DNA of 55,088 nucleotides, counting the filler, from Dirinaria sp. TL-2023a (Eukaryota), in the NCBI GenBank assembly GCA_051941275.1. It is 2 parts of 2 records of this genome, joined end to end, with 100 filler letters (N's around TTAATTAATTAA, not from the genome) between each part and the next. Parts side by side here need not be neighbours in the genome. Positions count along the whole stretch, not along the records: positions 27,657 to 55,088 come from JAVEBF010000140.1; 1 more part is not named here. One strand, given 5' to 3'. Both the position numbers and the translations under genes were made by a program. Under the pieces are notes generated by a model, which saw only the letters and a list, made by a program, of their open reading frames with translations, did not search any database and was not told the origin of the DNA. Of the stretch, positions 48,740 to 55,088 are shown one piece after another. The number at the start of each line of letters is the position of its first letter. Position 1 is the stretch's first letter.

Positions 48740-49005
48740 TGCCATGGCACTATTGCCACCATCGGGGTGGCCTTTATTGCCGCCTCGGGAGCCCTTCCGA
48801 ATACGGTTAGAGGCCTCAACGGCGGAGCCTCCATCAGAGATTTCTGGCACTATACATGGCAGTCCTCTAGATGGCAGTCTTCTGGTCGGCCCGATTGCAA
48901 ATTTGCAGAGGTTTTTCCATCCTTTTCGCATTATACATGGCAGTCCCCTTACCAGTGGCAAGGTGCCGGGTTTGCCGGTGGGTAGCATATAATGCTCCAT
49001 CGGCA
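48740..49005. repeat. Array of TGCCR/YGGCA motifs with an 81-bp-spaced direct repeat and palindromes
   Basis: 12 motif copies in ~265 bp; CAYTATACATGGCAGTCC at 48848 and 48929; palindromes TGCCATGGCA (48740) and TGCAAATTTGCA (48896). Confidence 0.6.
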
Positions 49006-49854
49006 CCTTCTCTGGCTTCCACTTTTGCTTCATCGCCTGCTTATTATCGCACTCGATATCGCATTGCGGAAGCGCTTTCCCACCCACCCACTCCAGGTAT
49101 CGGCCGCGTAGGTAGATGGAGTTGCTGGCGCTTGAGGCAGCATGTTTTTGAGGCAGGTTTTGCTTGCTAGATAGTCGCCTTTGGCGCCGGCGAGGCCCAA
49201 AATCTAATGTAATGACTTACATCATTTGGTCCCCATGAGGCATTGAAAGCACTTCGGAGGGTATTGTCCGTTCTTTCAGCAGATACTTAATTCCACAATT
49301 TGACGTCCAGTTGCCGGCGAGATCTCGAACTAATTCATCTTTGCTGCAAATTTCGTTGACATATCACATCGAAAATGCCTTCGCGAGTAGTGCCATGCAT
49401 GCATTGCCAGTCACAACTCTCATCGACAGCGACAAAATGTCCTGGATGTCCCATGGCGCCTTTTCAAGCTTGTGGGAGTTCATTATGCTGCCAACAGCCT
49501 CCAGTCAAGCATGAGCCGATCTCAACCGTTCGCATGTCAATCCTATCGCATACTTGAAACGCTTGAGACTAATTGCCTGAGAAAAGGACCAACGAACCCG
49601 ACCAAAGCCAAGTAACAACATCAAAAGGGGGTCATTGATACTGGTACTGGGAGGATTAACGACACATATAGATGTGGCATTCAAAGGTGGAGATCAAAGA
49701 CAATCGATAGCTGCTCTGGGGTGGACATTGGAGAATGTAGGGACTGCACTTCTGTGGTTTAATCATGGTAAATACATCTGTGAACTTCTGTTTCCCAATG
49801 GTTCTCATCGCACCCCTGACTACTAAGTCATAAGCTTCACAAGCTCGTTATGCC

Positions 49855-50955
49855 CTACAAGTACTCGTCTTTCAATGCATCCTTAACATTCACTTTGCCC
49901 TCAAACTCCCGAGACATATCCTCCCAAACCACACCTGCCGCTTGCTTGCCCTTGTCGCTGGCTACAAAGTCCATCCATGGCGCAACCTTCTGATCACTCA
50001 AGTACAACCCATGACTTTCTTTGCCCGCAACCGCAACAGCGTGGGTCAGGGTTCTCGCGCCGACCTCAGTGCTGCGCCCAATAGCTCTCTTCATAGCCCC
50101 AAAAACCTTGCTAAGCACGCCGCTCAAATTACGGTGGAGCTCGCTGCCGTAGCAGAAACCGGGATTGACGAGATTGATGACCACAATATTGGAGCTAGGA
50201 AGACGATCTATGAATTTTCGGAAGAAGAGGGTGAGCAGCAATTTCGAGGTGTAGTAGCGGTCGCGGAGGCTGAAGTTGCGCTTGTCATTCAAGACATTCA
50301 CGACGCTCGTATGTTCCTTTCGTGCGATTTCGAGTTCTTTGGCCACAGCCAATTGGGCAGAATCGCTGCCGACGATGCTGAGTATGGGAGGAGAGTGCGA
50401 GGTGGCGTTGTCATTGGCAGCATGGCCGTTGGCGGTAGAGCTGTGACGTTCATATTGCGCTTGGAGGATTGGACGGAGGAGTAGTGCGAGGGCGGCGGTA
50501 CCGAGCCAGTTGGTCTGGATTGTGAGCTCATTACCGTTGGGAACGTGTTCGTAATCAAAGCAGACAACGCCAGCGTTGAGAATGCAGAAGTTGACCTCTA
50601 TATTAGGTGTAGTCCGCATGCGGTCAGCGAACGCAGTGATGCTACTGTATTCTGTCAGGTCGATGGGCCAGATCTCGATGTTTGGCTCGCTATCATCAGA
50701 TGTGCCACTTTGTCGAAGTGTCTCTAGAAGCGACTTCTTTGCTGCCTCGCCCTTCTTCGTGTCGCGTACTGCCAGGATCAAGCGGGATAGGCCCAGAGCG
50801 AGCAACTGAGACGAGGCATGATAGCCTAGACCAGTATTGGAGCCCGTCACGATGGCTGTCTTGCCTTTCAGTGATACTGTTGAGCGGGTTATGAGGGCAG
50901 GAGTAATAAAGATCTGGCGGTAAAAGAATCCACGATAGGTATTTTGAAAGACCAT
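49855..50955 (-). CDS. Short-chain dehydrogenase/reductase (retinol-dehydrogenase/WWOX-like)
   Basis: TGSNTGLG cofactor motif, ILAVR, LNAGV, catalytic YYTSK (YxxxK), VNPGFC. Confidence 0.92.
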   Translation of the reverse strand: MVFQNTYRGFFYRQIFITPALITRSTVSLKGKTAIVTGSNTGLGYHASSQLLALGLSRLILAVRDTKKGEAAKKSLLETLRQSGTSDDSEPNIEIWPIDLTEYSSITAFADRMRTTPNIEVNFCILNAGVVCFDYEHVPNGNELTIQTNWLGTAALALLLRPILQAQYERHSSTANGHAANDNATSHSPPILSIVGSDSAQLAVAKELEIARKEHTSVVNVLNDKRNFSLRDRYYTSKLLLTLFFRKFIDRLPSSNIVVINLVNPGFCYGSELHRNLSGVLSKVFGAMKRAIGRSTEVGARTLTHAVAVAGKESHGLYLSDQKVAPWMDFVASDKGKQAAGVVWEDMSREFEGKVNVKDALKDEYL

Positions 50956-51866
50956 ATTAGCTGAGCTTTTTTTAATCCGATCAGTGACCGCTCTTGTACT
51001 TGCCGTTCAAGACGTCAAAAATCTTCGGTGTAAGTAAGGAGTCATTCAGACTAGTAAAGCTGAAGGAGTTGGTGGGGATAGTCGCACGAAGAGACGTAGA
51101 AAGATGAGGGCTTTCTGATCGTTCATAGTACCGGTTTCTGCAGAAGGTGAAAGCGAGAGATTGAGCGATCAATCTCAGAATTATATAAGATCGAAAGTAA
51201 GAAGGCTCGTAAAAAAACAGTGTCAAGCTTAGCAGGTGCTAATAGGCCACAGCATTTGACCGAAAAATCCTAGCATCACGAGGCTGATATGTAGTTGTAG
51301 GCTGTGAATTTGATTTGTGATTCCTTTCAAGTCTTTGTCAACGCAAATCATGATTGCGGATATCAAGGCCGAAAAATGCGGGACCCTTCTCCGCTTGGAT
51401 CATAATTGCGGACATTGACACCGCAGGATGCGGCGTTCTTCGTCGCGTAATTCAGGCTGCGGACCCTGAGTCCGAGAGAGTGCGGTCTGTTTTGCTTCAC
51501 TCTATCCTCTTTAGGCCTAGTGAACCCGGAGGGTTTGCCCGCGACACATTTTGGAACACGCCGTGGTCTAGCAAGTGAATAATATCGAAGATCTCCAGAG
51601 TATCTTGCGCTCGATCCGGGCACATCAATGCTGTCATACCGCTTGGTATCGACTCGACATAGACCCTGATTGATAGTGCTCAATTGCACTGGGGCAATCA
51701 GAATTTCGACTACCTTACCTTTTGTTACGACGGCTGAATCTCGTTATGGGGCTTGAATTTTTGACTTCGACAGTCGTTGGTCGCGCTAGCCAATGTCTTC
51801 TCGACATGACCTGACAGATTACCGCGTATCGGTATAGCTTCTGGCGATCTCTGGGGATTGCGCATC

Positions 51867-54800
51867 TTATCCTTCTACATCGTTCCAGAGCGTGCTCCAC
51901 ATGTCGAAGCTGTTGTCGAATAACATTTGAATACTATCATCGCTGGATTCGGAAAAAGGATACAGGGCCTGGTCGCTCTGGGGGGCTATACCACCAGCCT
52001 CATGGAAAACAGCATCTTCGCCCTCATCTTGGCTGCGACCATCGACAGCACCTGCATTATCAAGACCGTATGCGTTGTACGAATAACCTTTTTTCGAGGA
52101 CAGTTCGGGTCCCATGACTGCAGGCAAAGCATAATCGTCAAATGCAAGCTGATTGGAGGCATCTGTTTGGGTTATAGAGCCTGGAACGATTGCGCTACTG
52201 CTGATGTGATTGGTTAAAGCTGGATTGGGCATATGGGTATTGGGTGATATCATGCTTTGTTGATCGTAGCGATATCGATGATTGTCATTTTCGCCGGACA
52301 CTTGATGATTGACAAGGTGCAAGTTCTGCTGTGGTAGGGAATGAGTAGAATTTTGCAGCGCATCGACGGTCATTGCGGGAGAAGATGTCGTTACGAGTGT
52401 GCGAGCAGGTGACAAAGTTCTTTTACTCTCATGTTTGTCCTGAGATACTTGTTGTTAGTTGATGCACAATTCGTCCTACTCGTTGAGCACAAAACGCTCG
52501 CTTGAACCTTGAATTCATTTCACGAGCTTGCTTTAGAGATCTACTTGGGGGACTGATTATTACGTACTCTCTCGACCCGTCTCAAGGTCGCTCGTATCAG
52601 TCTCTGCACAAACTTCTCACTTTCTTTCGCCTTCGGTGCTCCGTTCACGGCAAGGTTATGCATTATTTTCAGACCCTGTTGAACTGTTTCGTGGGCCCGG
52701 TGCAGGTCAATTACCACAGCATCGAGGTCGTCCCGGTGAAGGGCGGTCGCACCACCAAGTACACAGAGAGAAGTAAAAGTAGCTATTACAGGGTTTGAAT
52801 CAGTCTATCGGCATAGAGGAAAAAATCAATTCCTGTGTCGGAATGACGAACCGTTAAAATTCGACCATGACTCTCCACTGGGAGCGCAAGATGTTTGGGC
52901 ATCTATGGATTCGATCTGGAGCAGTGCACAGGAAACACAGATCTTCGCACTCAGATGAGTCATTGTGACCTCGACCTGCGATGGCAGTCCTTTTCGGCGG
53001 AATTGTGTGCTTCCTCCGACTGAGGTATCATTGTATCGATCGGAGAACAAAGGAGGCCATTCCTGGAAACCGTTTTGCGGCCAACTGCGCCGCTCTGGGT
53101 CTTGAAGGAGGAAAAGAAGGGTCTGACGATGAAGCATCATGCGCATTCCGAGAAAGCGACTGCGGAGTGTACTGACCTGGCGGGATATCCAAGGCTTCGT
53201 TGGTGGGGTTGAGTGATCGAGGCTTTCAAGAGCAAACTTTAGAAAAGAAGGAAGATTTTCATGCCAGCTGAGTAGATGGCCGTCAAGTTCCATGATTGTA
53301 CTCAGAAGAGAGAGCAAAGCATTGACATTACTGAGAGGCCGATTGATTCGCACGTCTATCGAAGCTTTGTTCAGCTCTAGATAAGCAGAGGACTTTGCTG
53401 CACGGAGTCGAAGAAACACATCGCTCATGACGTGATACAGGCGGACGCTATGTCGGAAGAAAGCATTTATTGATGGTGAATTGGCTGGCTGTTCTTCGCG
53501 CCTGGTAATACGGTCATCATCTATTTGCTGAGGGAGTCTATCCTGATAGTCCGAGAATGCATCATAAGGAATGCCCATTGGCCGTCCGCACAACATGCTG
53601 GATATACTAATCGGACACAATGAATATAGCTCCACTTGTCGGCTCTCATGATGCACTTACCGATCAAAGCAGAAACAACCCCACCAAAGTCGTCGACGCA
53701 GTTCATGCTGTTGAGGTGAAATACTTTCAGATTCCGGACGAGATATGTGAAGACCTAGGTTCTGTGCCATACGCGATGCGTGGCCAACGAGAAGATATAT
53801 TTTGTCAATCCGCATGGTCATCTGAAGGAACAGTATCATTAACAATAATGCTTGCACCATTTCAACATTATTTTCGGAGAAAGCGTTCGCAAGTATATAG
53901 TCCTGAGCTCGACTATACAGGTCTCCGCCGAGCTTCTGAGGTTCAAAGCTTGGTGGCAAGCGATCTCTGTCTGCCACTGCGCAGTACTGGCAGCCTATGG
54001 CTAAGATCAGATTTAATTGTACTGACCATATTGGCTCTATTGGCTCGTCTGACATCCAAGTGCGAGCAAAGAGGTCTTGAGTTTCGACCTCGAGCAGAAG
54101 AGGCCAAATTGGATGAACAGCGTCGAAATATTTGTCGAAGAGGTATTTGGCGAGCTGCCGTTGTGGAAGTAACTGAAACGTGGTCTGAGATCGCCGGACC
54201 CCCAGACCAGGTCCCTCATCTTCGGACCCGTATACGTCATCTGTGTCGTCAGCTGATAAGGAGTCATTGCTAGATTGAGTTTCATTGATACGCGAGGGAG
54301 GAGCTGCCGCATCTTGTACTCCATTAGGCAAAGATTCACGCTGTTGAACAACAGCGGTCGCCGATACTTTGACAGCGAGGGCAAAATGAAGCGCCGACGA
54401 TTTCCCATATCGTTTTGGTAAATGTCTTTGTTGGGAGGATCCAGCAGGATTCGTAGGTGGTTTATTGGGGGTATCACTCCGAGTTGGGCTAGAGACGAGT
54501 GTAGGACTCCCAAGTTGCGGCTGGGCGGCAGAGTCGGGATGTATCAAAAGATTATGAGAGAGTAACTTCTCGTGTTCCAATTGCTTGATTTTGGCTTCGA
54601 GAGCGTCCACATGCCTACAGTAGATTCAGCAAAATAATGATCTAAAAGACAGCAAGGAGTGTACAATATGAAAGTCACAGGAGCTCTGGTCGACATTCTT
54701 TCGGTGGTCGTTTTTTTCGGGGTACTCACGACTGAGCGCACTGAGCACGTCTGAAAGGCTCCCCATAGATACATTCTTGTTCCTTGGACAAACAGTAAGA

Positions 54801-54944
54801 GCATTTCGGTTTCTCGGCATTGCAGCGTATCTTGCGCCGCCTACATGCGATGCATGCATGCTTGCCGACGAGACTGCCTCCATTTCTGACAGCCTCTCCC
54901 TCAGGATCTATACGCTTTCTTTTTCCGCTCCGTGGCGTCGACAT
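51867..54944 (-). CDS. Zn(II)2Cys6 transcription factor with fungal-specific TF middle domain (multi-exon)
   Basis: CIACRRRKIRCNAEKPKCSYCLSKEQEC; YGKSSA; YFDAVHPIWP; AQNLGLH; RRRLWWGCFCFDR..SMLCGRP. Confidence 0.92.
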
Positions 54945-55088
54945 CAGAACCAGGAAGTACTATCAAAAGTTCCGTTCAATGTCATTGAGATATGCACAGG
55001 ACGTAGTCCGATAGCTCATGATGGCGCATGGGAAAGCGCGCGTTATTGATTTTGTCCAGCGTCATACTATCCAGCGGTCCTCATCGAA

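Noticed and set aside
48698..49170. Copia RNase H fragment (IECDNKQAM)
   Set aside because: A single short motif with no flanking KHID/ADxLTK motifs or LTR.
27657..55088. Starship giant transposon
   Set aside because: The gene content is accessory-like, but no DUF3435 tyrosine-recombinase captain or boundary is visible in the window.

Overview
Intron-containing filamentous ascomycete (Pezizomycotina) genomic DNA in two parts, joined at 27557-27656 by an artificial spacer (44 N + TTAATTAATTAA + 44 N), so their adjacency is unproven. The left part (1-27556) is mostly intact core genes: the TFIIIC B-block-binding subunit (Tfc3/Sfc3, runs off the left edge), a Kre1-type GPI protein, a GH16 glucanase, a FEX/CrcB fluoride exporter, a Pro-rich orphan, an Mtc2-like protein, a LaeA-like methyltransferase, a PTH11-like membrane protein and the Elg1 RFC-like ATPase. 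The right part (27657-55088) looks accessory and partly decaying: a hypermutated pogo/Fot1 transposon ending at (TAACCC)2, a Nudix hydrolase, a gene relic, a Ser/Thr-rich membrane protein, a PTH11-like gene with a nonsense codon, a secreted Cys protein, a double-CFEM GPI protein, a frameshifted HeLo-like/NACHT/ankyrin NLR, an LRR protein, an APH-type kinase with a nonsense codon, an SDR and a Zn2Cys6 transcription factor. Best leads: (1) three B-box motifs around the start of the TFIIIC B-box-binding subunit gene (possible autoregulation); (2) RIP-like mutation apparently favouring CpC rather than CpA; (3) an NLR/LRR/kinase/CFEM surveillance-type neighbourhood. No tRNA, rRNA, CRISPR array or Starship captain gene was seen. 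All family calls come from manual motif recognition, not database searches.
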